Both the position numbers and the translations under genes were made by a program. A DNA stretch of 63,816 bases, from contig NC_073381.1 of assembly GCF_028641065.1 (NCBI RefSeq), positions 25,358,001-25,421,816 on the forward strand. The letters run 5' to 3'. Below are positions 24,538-36,135 of the stretch, one piece after another. Source of the stretch: Leucoraja erinacea (lineage: Eukaryota). Each line of letters opens with the position of its first letter. The stretch's first letter is position 1. A model generated the notes under the pieces. The model did not search any database. It was not told where the DNA came from and was given only the letters and a program-made list of their open reading frames with translations.

Positions 24538-24609
24538 GACCTATGGGAGAAAAAGGCTCAAAAGGCATGATGGGTCGTTATGGAAAAGTGGGCCCGGCTG
24601 GGTTAAAAG
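24538..24609 (+). CDS. COLEC11: Collectin-11 collagen exon
   Basis: AG/GT bounded, 72 nt; (G)PMGEKGSKGMMGRYGKVGPAGLK. Confidence 0.95.
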
Positions 24610-24729
24610 GTATTTTTTATTCATTTCAAGGTCACAGGCACAAAATCTAGCTGAATACCTGATTGTAAATTTGTCTCTGCCAACCAACATGATTTTCTTC
24701 AATGCAATTTACTCAAATTATATTTTTCT

Positions 24730-24967
24730 TAGTGTTTAAGAAAAACTGCAGATGCTTGAAAATCGAAGGTACACAAAAAAGCTGGAGAAACTCAGCGGGT
24801 GCAGCAGCAGCTATGGAGCGAAGGAAATAGGCAACGTTTTGGGCCGAAACCCTTCTTCAGACGGGTTCTGAAGTCTGAAGAAGGGTTTCGGTCCGAAACG
24901 TTGCCTATTTCCTTCGCTGCATAGATGTTGCTGCACCCACTGAGTTTCTCCAGCTTTTTTGTGTACC
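24730..24967. mobile_element. Palindromic Penelope-derived element with two opposed hammerhead-like cores
   Basis: ~100-bp inverted arms; GTCTGAAGAAGGGTTTCGGTCCGAAACGTTGCC at 24873-24905; 12-bp TSD TTATATTTTTCT. Confidence 0.85.
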
Positions 24968-26465
24968 TTATATTTTTCTCACATTAGGTCATTTATTTAT
25001 TTCCATCAAAATGACAATTTTCAACTCCGCTGCAACCCGTCCCAATTATTTAACTTTTCTTTTGCTCCTAGTCTGACCAGATTAGGTGAAAGTAATGTGT
25101 AACCATAAATACTGAATCTGATATGTTTTGTCTTCGGAGTGCAATGATGACATTGAGATTTTTGGATGTACAGACCAGATTAAGCCTAGGATTTGAACCA
25201 GGACGAGTTGATCTCAAGTTCAGGGAGAAGCAGGCGGTTAAAGGGTGTTAAAGTTTCATCTTGGTGCAAGAAGCAAAATGGAAAAATGAGCGCTAGGTGA
25301 AAGTCTGTTGAGTAGATGATTGGGTTCAGATGTGATGGGTTCCCGATGGAATTCCTTGACATTTGTTTTGTAAATTATTATTGTACTATTGAGGCACCTC
25401 GGGTATCCTGATACCATGAATAAGCATATTTACTGAAATATGTACCTTGTCATTCTTCACAGGATGTTTCCCTTGTAATATGCCTATTTAAGTGAACAAA
25501 GGTACCACATCATTTATGTTTTATTTATTAATTTGTGTGTTGCCAGAATCTAAGTGTGTGTGATGTTGTTGCAAGCAACATTTTTGTTGTACCTCTCCCT
25601 CACCATACACGTGGTTCTGACAATAAACTTGACTTGAGGACAAAATGATATCTTCAGATGCAGCAAACCTGGAAGATCTGAAATAGTTAGACTAGGATGC
25701 ACAGATCTAAGATATGCAATAGACCAGTGCTGCAAATGAAGAAGGCCTTTTCTGCACCGTGTCTGCATCTAATATGATACTAAGGTAAAATAATCTTAGA
25801 GGCCTGCACAAAATCCATATCCATCCATTCCCTGTAATTTGTCCTTAGCTTTATATAAATCTTGGGTTTCATACAAAACTTTGATGTTACACGTAAATCT
25901 ATTGTTCAAAAATGAAAGCGTGACAATGGGTCATTTTCTAACACTAAGGAGCCAGAAAAATTCAATTTCATGCGGCTAAACACCACTACTGGTGAGACAG
26001 TTTATCCAATGCTCAGTATTATAAATATGGACAAAACTTTACAATGATTAAAGTTCACAAAAGGAAATTTACTCAGAAAGTGAAAATGTGACATCATAGA
26101 TATTTTATCCGTTTTATCATCGTTTAAATTCAAGCTGTGATCACACCTTTGCACAGGCATTAATCTGAAGAGCTGTGTTATGGGTGAGAAGTGATTTAAC
26201 AAAAAAAAGTGCTTCTATTGACAAGAGGTCTCACTTCAGATTAGAAATTTGATACGTTCAAACCTTATGATAATAATAATAATAATACATTTTATTTATG
26301 GGCGCCTTTCAAGAGTCTCAAGGACACCTTACAAAAATTTAGCAGGTAGAGGAAAAACATGTAAGGGGAATGAAATAAATAGTAGAGACATGACTAGTAC
26401 ACAAAGTAAAGACAGAATACAATTCAAAACACAATATTTTTAATTATTTATGTTTTCATTACTAG

Positions 26466-26519
26466 GAAGCAAAGGGGACGCTGGCGATTTAGGCCTAAAA
26501 GGAGAAGCTGGTGATCCAG
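26466..26519 (+). CDS. COLEC11: Collectin-11 collagen exon
   Basis: AG/GT bounded, 54 nt; (G)SKGDAGDLGLKGEAGDP. Confidence 0.95.
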
Positions 26520-26615
26520 GTAGGGTTATCATATCTTCTCGTGGGTTTAGCCCACATTCTGTTATTCTGTTGCCTTAATTCTTTGGCTGAATACTTTCTT
26601 GTACAATCTCCTCAG

Positions 26616-26711
26616 GCTTACCCTGTGAATGTGGCCAGCTGAGAAAGGTAATTGGAGAAATGGACATCCTGGTGACAAAGCTAACACATGAACTCAATTT
26701 CATTAAAAATG
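26616..26711 (+). CDS. COLEC11: Collectin-11 neck exon
   Basis: AG/GT bounded, 96 nt; (G)[31 protein letters not shown]. Confidence 0.95.
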
Positions 26712-27167
26712 GTAAGTTTGATCAATTAAGTTAAGAATTTTTTTTTACCCTCAGGGGTGTTTGGAAACTCTCGCAACATTTAAGACGCATCTAGATGAGC
26801 ATGACGTGCCATGCTATAGAAACCTAGACAAGATCTTAGACTCCTGCAGCATGGAAACAGACTCCTCAGTCCATCTTGTCCTTGCCCACAAAATTAGCAT
26901 GTTGAGCTGGTCCCATTTGCCAGCATTTGGCCCACAGCCCTCTAAACACTGCCTATCCATATATCTGTTCAAATATTTTTTTAAGATCGTAACTGTATCC
27001 ATGCTGCAGGAGCCTAAGATCTTGCCCTCTAAACACTGCCTATTCATATATCAGTTCAAATATTTTTAAAGATCGTAACTGTATCCACTTCAACTGTTTC
27101 CTCTGGTAGCTCAATCCAGATACCAACTACACACTGTGTGAAAATATTGCTCTTGAGGTTCATTATA

Positions 27168-27587
27168 TGGGCCATTCTTTGCAAAGTGAACCAAATTTCA
27201 AACACGTGACCAGATGGTCATCACACAAAGTAATACATTAAAAATATATTGTAAGAGCTTAGTCTTATTCATTGCTATTTTCCTACCAGCAGAACTATAC
27301 TGTTAATGTTCTAGCTTTCTAGCTTTCTAATGTTCTAACATTCTAGCTTTTTAAAATTCAGAGTTTGTAAGTTAAAACTGAGTTATGAAAAAAATGCTTC
27401 CATGTGATGTCACACACGTGACCAGTCATATTTGACCTCTGCCCCTAAACAAACATTGATAGCATAACATAACATTTTTACTTGATAAACCGGAAAAAAT
27501 ATGAATCATATATAGCACAAAACAATATACCTGTATATTCCACAATTTTTCATATTTTTGGTCACACGCGTGACTAAGAATGGGCCA
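27168..27587. mobile_element. MITE with 12-bp TIR inserted into an old CR1 fragment
   Basis: TGGGCCATTCTT ... AAGAATGGGCCA, flanked by TA/TATA. Confidence 0.65.
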
Positions 27588-29183
27588 TATATCTCTTCCC
27601 TATCACCTTAAGCCTATGGCCTCTGGTTTTGGATTCCTCTGACTTGGGGGTAACAGGCTATGAGTGTTTACTTTATCCATTCCTCTGATGATCTTCTTCA
27701 CCTCAATAAGGTCAATGAAAGATAATAAGCAGGTTTGGCATTCCGAATAAAATTGAATAAAATAAAATTGTACATTCCAGCATTTGCTTACATCACCTGA
27801 GTTACTGCCCCTTATTCCAGGGCATTCAATAGTTGATTAAAGTTCATAAACCTGTACAATTCTCACAATTAGAACATAGAATAGTAGTGCAGAGGGACAT
27901 GTCCTTTGGTCCCCATTGTCCATGTCGACCATGATGCCAAGTTAAAATATTAATGTCTGCCTGCATGTGATCCAAATCCCTCCATTCCCTGCACATCCAT
28001 GTGCCAATCCTGTATTCTGCAACAATCCAAATGTTCAGACATTTTGCACCTGACACATCTATTTACAACTGACAAAAGACTTGTACCACTATTCTAATAA
28101 CTCGCTCCTTGTAAATTATTTTCTCTCCAACCTTTAATGCATTGAAGGGTTCAATATCGTGCTTAGGATTCTTACTCTAGACATGTGATGGGAACATTGC
28201 CATTTGACCATGATATTTTCAGGGACCTCTGCTGGCCACATGTGGGCAGCAATATACAAGGCTGCACCTTAAGCTCTGAAATTGTTGCACAGCTCAGCTA
28301 GCCGTTTAAATCAATATTGACATCTGTATATTCCATTGCAGGGACAAAGTGGCTTGAAAAAGATACCCTGGTTTTTAAACTTGATTTATAAATGAAATAA
28401 TGAATAGCAAATAAAATAGCATGGGTAAACTGTATGCCATATGCTAAAACTAACATATGTGACAGTTTTGTCACTAGATTATAGGATGTGATAGCACTGG
28501 AATAGGTGCAGAGGAGGCGCGAAGATATTGCCAAAGCTTGTGAATTATAGTTATAAGAATTCAAAGGCTTGTCTAAATTTTGGGGGCTTTTTTGGAATAG
28601 AGACCTCTGAGATTATGACAGGGATGTACAAAGTGAGCAGGGGAAACGTACTTCCTTTTGCAGAAAGGTCAATAACCAGGGAACACAAAATAATCTACAG
28701 AAAAATTCAAAGGGAATGAAGGAGAGCTATTTTGCACCCATGTGTACTTGGGGTTTGGAAGGGTAGTGGAGATGGTAACTTTCTTTACACTTAAAGGTTA
28801 TGAAGGGGAGCTGGGGAATGGAGACCATTTCATAATTTGATTCAGTATTGGTTGGCATGTTTATGATGGGCCGAGTAACTCCCGCCTGTGCTGCACTTTT
28901 CCTGGGATTCTATATGCCGTTGTCATTCCCTGATCCATCCACAATTAAAATTATGCAGCATATGAAGGTCTAGATTTATTGCAGAGAAAGAAACGTCGGA
29001 AATGTATTGAAATCTTTTGATATTTTCTTCCAGCAGCAATTTGTATGCAGACATTATAACATGGGGTTGTTCACGTAATATTAATTTTAATGGGGAAATA
29101 TGAGGCTTTGTAAAGCTGTTAATGTCTTATTAAATATAACAGAAATCAAAGTGCTCACTTTTCAGCACTGCCCTCCCCTGCAG

Positions 29184-29575
29184 CTGTTGCTGGAGTACGA
29201 GAGGTAGAGAATAAGATTTACCTGCTGGTGAAGGAAGAGAAAAGATACACTGATGCCCATGAGTATTGTCGTGACCGAGGAGGACTTCTCATAATGCCGA
29301 AAGATGAGGCAACTAATAGCCTCATTGCATCTTATATCAGCGAAGCAGGGCTCAGCAGAGTGTTCATTGGTATTAATGACCTGGAGGAGGAAGGTCGCTT
29401 CATCTTTGCAGATGGATCACCCTTGCTGATCTTCAACAAGTGGCGGAACGGAGAACCGAACAATGCCTACGATGAAGAAGATTGTGCAGAAATGGTATCC
29501 TCTGGAGGGTGGAATGACGTGGCCTGTCATATTACAATGTATTTTGTCTGTGAATTTGACAAAGATGTACCTTAA
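29184..29575 (+). CDS. COLEC11: Collectin-11 C-type lectin domain exon
   Basis: (A)[21 protein letters not shown]...[40 protein letters not shown]. Exons sum to 816 nt = 271 aa + stop. EPN/WND mannose-type motif. Confidence 0.97.
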
Positions 29576-29846
29576 ATCAGCCGGCTCCTGAATGTAGCAT
29601 ATTATTCCGTGCCTGCAATGGATAAATCTGTGTTAGTTTTAAAAGTCTATGATACCTCAACGGAGAATGATTACAACCACCAGAGTTTTAGTTTCAATTT
29701 TATTTTTCACTGTTATTAGATTTCGAGCATGACTAAATATATAATTTTTTAGCAGAAGATTGTGTCCTTCTTTATCCTTACTGAAAAGAAGATTGAAGAT
29801 TACTTGGACTTTATATCTAAAGACGAAGGGTTCTAGAATGTGCGGT

Positions 29847-29852
29847 AATAAA
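29847..29852 (+). terminator. Candidate COLEC11 polyadenylation signal (alternatives at 31348 and 31397)
   Basis: First AATAAA after the stop codon. Confidence 0.35.
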
Positions 29853-30159
29853 ATTAGGGAGGTGTGTATAACCAGAGACCAATCTGAGATCAATTGTTTC
29901 ACAGTATTGCATTAAGAAAAATTAACACTTTTTCAGTACCTAAATTTATTTTTCGTTCTATATAATGGTTTGAACTTTTTGATTGATTATTGAATACTGT
30001 GAAGATAAGCTTATTAGCTTTGAGTTGCCAAAACCCTGAATCTCCACGCCACGAACTCCTAAATCTTGGGTAACTGGTCTGAAATTACAGAGTTTTAGTT
30101 TAGTTTATTATTGTCAACTGCAACAAGGTACAGTGAAAGGCTTTATTGTTACATTAGCA

Positions 30160-30400
30160 AGCCAAAACATAGTCTAGGCAACTGTTTTGCCGAACACTTG
30201 CGCTTTGTCCACCAAGGCCTGTTGGATCTCCTGCTTGATGACCACTTCCTTCACTCACCTTCCCATTGCCATACCCACCTTTCTGTCCTTGGCCTCCTCC
30301 ATTGGCAGAGTGAGGTCGTACGCAAACTAGAAGAGCAGCATCTCGCATTCCACACGGGTAGCTGACAATCCAACTGTATGAACATTGGATTCTACACATT
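30160..30400 (+). mobile_element. Penelope-like element GIY-YIG endonuclease fragment
   Basis: Translation LGNCFAEHLRFV..HFLHSPSHCHTHLSVLGLLHWQSEVVRKLEEQHL matches the PLE endonuclease C-terminal pattern (RFAEHL..HF..SH...RKLEE). Confidence 0.8.
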
Positions 30401-31559
30401 CTCTACTTGTCTTGATGCTTTGTGGCAAGAATGGGCATGAGCCACAGGAAGAGCAGAATAATATAAGGGCTGAATTTTACAGGAGGCATGGACCTTCAAT
30501 GGAGAATTGGGGAGGTGGGGTGGGGACACAAGGACATAGAGATCTGGGCACATGTGTGAATAGTTCATTGGAAATGACAGGGCAGATTGAGAAAGTGGTT
30601 AAGAAAAGGAAACTGGATCATGGACTTTATGGCAAAAATAGAGAGCAGGAAACACTGATTCAGCCACATTGATAGTTGAATTCAGGTCTGGGCAGCGCAC
30701 TGCATGAGAGATGTGAAAGTTTCAGAGGGAGTACAGAAGGGATTTACAAATGATGGCAGTAGTGATGGGACTTAGTTATGTGGAGAGCGTGGACAGGATG
30801 GGATAATTTTTCTTAGCCCAGAAGTGGCATGTGGAGACCTGAGTGAGGTATTTACAATTATGATGGGAATGGACAGAGTAGATAAAAACTATTCCCATTT
30901 ATAGAGGGTTCAAAAACTAGGATGTGGAATGAAGATGTGTAAAAGAAAACAAATGGAATGAAGAAAATGTATTTGAAATAACGACTGGCTTAGGTTGGCA
31001 ATGCAGCACCAGGGAGTAGTGAAAGCAGATTCAAGTGTAACATTGAAAAGGGAGTGGAGTGTACGCATGTGCGGGGCCTTTCCAGAGTGTGCGCATGTAC
31101 GTGGTCTCGAGCCCATGAGGCCTGCGGAATCAGCGATATTTTCCTGACGCATTGAAGTTATGGATTACAGAAATTAGTTGCTTAAATTGTTGTGAGGCAA
31201 ATGAAACTTTTACGGTACTGGTAATTTACTTAAACTTTATTTAAGCTTTAAGCAACTCTACTGTATTGTCCATTAGAATTTCACAGTTGAATGAGACAAA
31301 ATGGGCAAGGTAGAATGAATTCAAAAGAAACATGTACTGAATGCTGTAATAAACTAAAATATACTTTCTTCCATGTGTACTTATTTTAAAAATGGAAATA
31401 AAATATTCTTTTTATTGTTATACTTTGTGGAAATATTTGATTTGATTTTACACCGTATAAAAATTACCATTATGTGTTCCAGAATGCAACATTGTCTCAC
31501 ATTAGTAACACCTTTACATTCCTCTGTGTTCACTAACAAACATTCTTCACTTATCTTTG

Positions 31560-31763
31560 TTTAAGAAGGAACTGCAGATGCTGGAAAATCGAAGGTAGAA
31601 AAAAAAGCTGGAGAAACTCAGCGGGTGCAGCAGCATCTATGGAGCGAAAGAAATAGGCAACGTTTCGGGCTGAAGAAAGGTTTCGGCCCGAAACGTTGCC
31701 TATTTCCTTCGCTCCATAGATGCTGCTGCACCCGCTGAGTTTCTCCAGCTTCTTTTTGTGTAC
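31560..31763. mobile_element. Palindromic Penelope-derived element with hammerhead core
   Basis: CTGAAGAAAGGTTTCGGCCCGAAACGTTGCC at 31670-31700; 15-bp TSD CTTCACTTATCTTTG. Confidence 0.85.
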
Positions 31764-32214
31764 CTTCACTTATCTTTGATGGGTTGATTTTTTATTTTTC
31801 CACCTGTTGGGTGTGGTATCCTCAATACCACCCTTACTTTAATTAAACTATATGCAATCTACCACTGCTAAAGCTGCCACCAAGATTATATCCAGTTTTC
31901 TGTTGATATTTCCAGCAACCATTTGCTATTTCTGTTTATTCTGGTTAAAGGGAGAGTTGGCTAGTGGGAGGACAGTGGCATTTGAAGAAGAGTCACAGAC
32001 ACTGCTAGAATTTCTCTGTAGAAAGTGTGTTCATATTGCTTTGTCCCCCGCTGGTGCCTCTGGCTTTATTTTTCCCACCCTGCTCTCCATTCCGAATCCC
32101 AAGGCCGACACAATTCATTCAGTATTCAGTATTTCTTTAATATCATTTTCACTGAGTACTCGCATATACAGAGGAAACGAAAACACATTGCTCGATCGGT
32201 TTCCATTCAGTGTA

Positions 32215-33298
32215 TAAATAAAAAAAATAAAAAAAGGATAAATACATAGAGCTTTAAAAACAAATTAAAATTACCATGTTTAAAACAGAAAGTAGGCCTA
32301 AAATTAACAATATAATAAAAACAGACATTCTGATCGACAGTGGCTTTGGCTTTTACAGTGGCTTTACTTTGGCAGGTGCCCAACTGTCAAAGTATGGGCG
32401 GGGTTGGATGTGTTGGTGAGCGATATTTTGGGAGGGGACAAAGTCCGTTAATCAGTCTTATTGCCTGTGGGAAGAAGCTGAGGAGCATCCTGCTGGTTTT
32501 GCAGCTGATGCTCCTGTACCTCTTCCCAGATGGCAGAATGGAGAAGATGTGGTGTGATGGGTGGTAGGGGTCCTGGATGATGGAGATGGCTCTACTGATG
32601 CTCCTCTTCTTGTATATCTCCAGCAGGAAAGGGAGTGGGGCACCAATAATCCTGCTGGCTGTCTTCACTATCCTGTTTAGTTGATATTGTTCGTAAGCCT
32701 TGCAGCTCCCGAACCAGGAAGTGATGCCGTAGGTTATTATGCTTTTGATTGTGCCCCTGTAGAAGGTTCTTAGATGGGCAGTGGGGAGACCTGCTTTCCT
32801 TAGTCTCCGGAGAGGGTGGAGTTGCTGTTGGGCTATTTTGACCACTGCTGTGGTGTTGGTCATAGAGGTCAGGTCATCCGACAGGTGGAGTCCTAGGAAC
32901 TTCACACTGCTGACCCTCTCCACAGCAGCTCCATCAATGTACAGCGGTGTGTGGTGTTGTTTTCCCGCCCTCCTGAAGTCGACCACCATCTCCTTAGTTT
33001 TTTTTTCCACATTAAGAGTGAGGTTGTGGGATCTGCACCATCCTGTGAGCAGCTCCACCTCCATCCTGTACGCCGACTCATTATTGTCGCTGATGAGACC
33101 CACCACTGTTGTGTCATCAGCGAACTTGTTGATATAGTTGTTACTGAGTCTAGCAGTACAATCATGTGTAAGCAGACTAAACAGCAGGGGGACACAGGCC
33201 TTGGGGTGAGCCAGTGCTCACGGCGATGGCTCTTGATATCGACTGCCCACCCTGACTGTCTGCTGCCGTTGTGATAAAACGTTAAGGACCCAGTTGCA
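32215..33298 (-). mobile_element. Rex1/Babar LINE RT C-terminal fragment
   Basis: Translation KFADDTTVVGLISDNNESAYR..WCRSHNLTLNVEKKTKEMVVDFRR..FLGLHLSDDL..FFPQAIRL. Confidence 0.9.
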
Positions 33299-33299
33299 A

Positions 33300-33559
33300 T
33301 GGTGCAGCGGTAGAGTTGCTACCTTACAGCGCCAGAGACCCAGGTTTACTCCTGTCTGGATTGAATTTGTATGTTCTTCCTGTGAACGCGTGGGTTTTCT
33401 CCAGGTGCTCTGGTTTTCTATTGCATTCCAAAGACGTGCAGATTTGTAGATTAATTGGCTTCTGTAAATTGTCCCGAGTGTGTAGGATAGAACTAATATA
33501 CAGGTGATCGGACTGAAGGGCCTGTTTCCACACTGTGTCTCTAAACTAAACTAAACTAA
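33300..33559 (+). mobile_element. V-SINE (HE1-like)
   Basis: ggtgcagcggtagagttgct head, conserved core, CR1-like tail and (CTAAA)n. Further copies at 33975-34275, 42558-42890, 47065-47246 and 56158-56425. Confidence 0.9.
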
Positions 33560-35545
33560 GCAATCTCTTGATCCTAAACCTATGACGCTTCCAATTTTGA
33601 AAATCTCTCACTAATGTTCCAAAAACATTCAATCTGTACCCTAACTGTAAGTACATTAATCTTTTATTGAGTTCTTCAGTTAGAGGATCTCTAAGTGCTT
33701 CAATCAACTTTTAATGGTGATTTTGTAAGTTATCACTATTATATAGAAATGTAATCAAAGTACATATTAGAGTATGCTTAAGAACACCACACTGAACAAC
33801 ACCATCCAGTCTGAAGGGTCCTAACCCGAAACATCACCTATCCATATTCTCCAGGGATGCTGCCTGGCCCACTGTGTTCAGAAGTCAGTGGAAATGCAAA
33901 GTTTCTTCAAGGAGACTTTGGGCACAGCATTGAACAATGCAGCACAGGGACAGGCCCTTTGGCACACAATATTATGGTGGCGCACTGCTGGAGTTGCTGC
34001 CTGACAGCACCAGAGACTCTGGTTCAATCCTGACTGTGGGTACTGTCTGCACAGAGTTTGCATGTTCTCCCATGGTCTGTGGGTATTGTCTGCACAGAGT
34101 GGGTTTTCTCCTGATTCCTCCACAATTCAAAGACGTACACACACGTTTGTAGGTTTATTGGCTTCGGTGAAGATTGTAAATTGTTCCTGGTATGTAGGAT
34201 AGTGCTGCTTTCCGAGGATCGCTGGTCAGCACGGACTCAGTGGGCTGTTTCCACGCTGTATCTCTAAACTAATCTAAAACAAAATATCTACTGAAGATGA
34301 AGCCAAGATAAACTACTCACATGATCCACATCCCCGTAATCCCTACATATCCATGTATCTGTCTAAATGCCTCTTAAACACCACTATCATGTCTACCTCC
34401 ACTATCACCACTGGCAGTGCCTTCCAGGTACCAACCACCAACTTTGTACTAAAACATCGCCCTGCTCATCTCCTTTAAACTTTCAATGCCATACCTTCTA
34501 GTCTTTGATATTTCCACCCTAGGAAAAAGGTTCTAACCTATCTCTGCTCTCATAATTTGACACACTGCCATAGGCGAGTCGGCAGAGGAGCAGCAGTCAG
34601 AGCAGCGAGTGAGTGTATTGGTTGGAAGAAGGGAATCTTAGGTGAGTTGCAGTGCGGGAACTCTAAAAAGCCTGCCCAGGGAGAGCCTTGAGCAGTTAAT
34701 GCGACAATTCCATACACCCACCACCCTTTGTGTGAATAGGTCAGGTTTGGAGGGACAGGGACCAAATGCGGGCAGGTGGGACAGCGTGTGGCTGGGAAAT
34801 GTTGGCCGGTGTGGGCAAATTGGGCCGAAGGGCCTGTTTCAGCGCTGGATCACTCGGACTCGTCCAAGATTCCTGAATCTTTCCTCTGTCCATCTGGTAA
34901 TCTCTTCCAGAGATGTGGTTTGTTTTGGACTCTGGAATCAAGCCAGTGAGCAATGTGGCCTGCCAAGTGGAGCTGAATGGGAATAACTGAGGCCTGCATG
35001 CTGAAGGTGCTGGCTTGAGAAAACCTCTGTTGTTTACTATAAGGTAAGCCAGGGTACATCACAGAAGCATTCCTGAACAAAACGAAGCATGGAGATGCCG
35101 ATGGACTTAATAGGTCAGGTGAAGTCGTGAAGGTTGGTTTTAAAGGAACATCTTAAAAGGACGAAAGAGGTAAGGAGAAATTTAGGGAGGTGATTCCAGG
35201 ACATTGGGCTTGATTTGCATCAGGGCCTTTAGCTGTTTAATACCAAAAGGTTGATCGAAGGTAGCTTCAACTAGGGTGAGAAAAAGTTTTATAAAAATTC
35301 TGTGACTATTATGTTACTAGGATGAAGTGTTCTAAAGGTTGTCTTACTGAACACACAAGGAACTGCAGATGCTGGCTTATAAATCAACCCACAATGTGCT
35401 GGAGTAACTCAATGGATCAGGCAGAATCTCTGGAGGACAAGGATAGGTTATATTTTGGGTCGGGTCCCTTTTTCAGAGTAATTACAGTATGGGAACGAGA
35501 ACTCAGGAAAAGAGGTGGGGTCAGGGTGAAGCCTGGCAAATGATA

Positions 35546-36135
35546 AGTGAACTCCAGCTTAATCACATCCTTTAATATGGTGGGTGACCCGAACCGCACA
35601 CAATTCTCCAGTTGCAGCTTCACCAACATCTTGTATAGCTGTAACATGACATTACAAAGACTTAATGTTCTGCCAATCAAAGCAAGCGTGCCATATGCCT
35701 TTATCACCAACTTGTCTACTTACTGTGAACAAAACTTGTATCTCTAGTTCTCTCCCTACGTCCTTGACATTCACTGCGTATATTCCGCCAGGGTTTATTT
35801 TCACAGTCATGCTGACTATCCCATATCAGCTCTTGCCTTTCCAAGTGTAGACTGATCCTGTCTCTCAGATGCACCTTCAGTGATTTTCCTCACCACCAAT
35901 ATTTGGTTCACCAGCCTGAGGTTCCCTGGTTTGTAATCCTTCTTAACTAAAGGCACAACATTAGCTACCCTCCAGTCTTCCTTTTTCCAAAAGGTTATAC
36001 AAAAACCTCTACCAGGGCCCCAGCAATTTCTTCTCTTGCTTCTTCTAACATTGTAGGGTACACTTGATCAGGCCGGGGGATTCACCCATCTGTGGATTTA
36101 TCACGTCTGAAGAGGCCTGGGATTTATCCACTTCC
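35546..36135 (-). mobile_element. Old CR1 fragments
   Basis: Minus-strand translation VMLQLYKMLVKLQLENCVRFGSP. Confidence 0.75.

Noticed and set aside
7702-29575. COLEC10 or MBL identity
   Set aside because: The [17 protein letters not shown] and [11 protein letters not shown] motifs and the adjacency to ALLC point to COLEC11.
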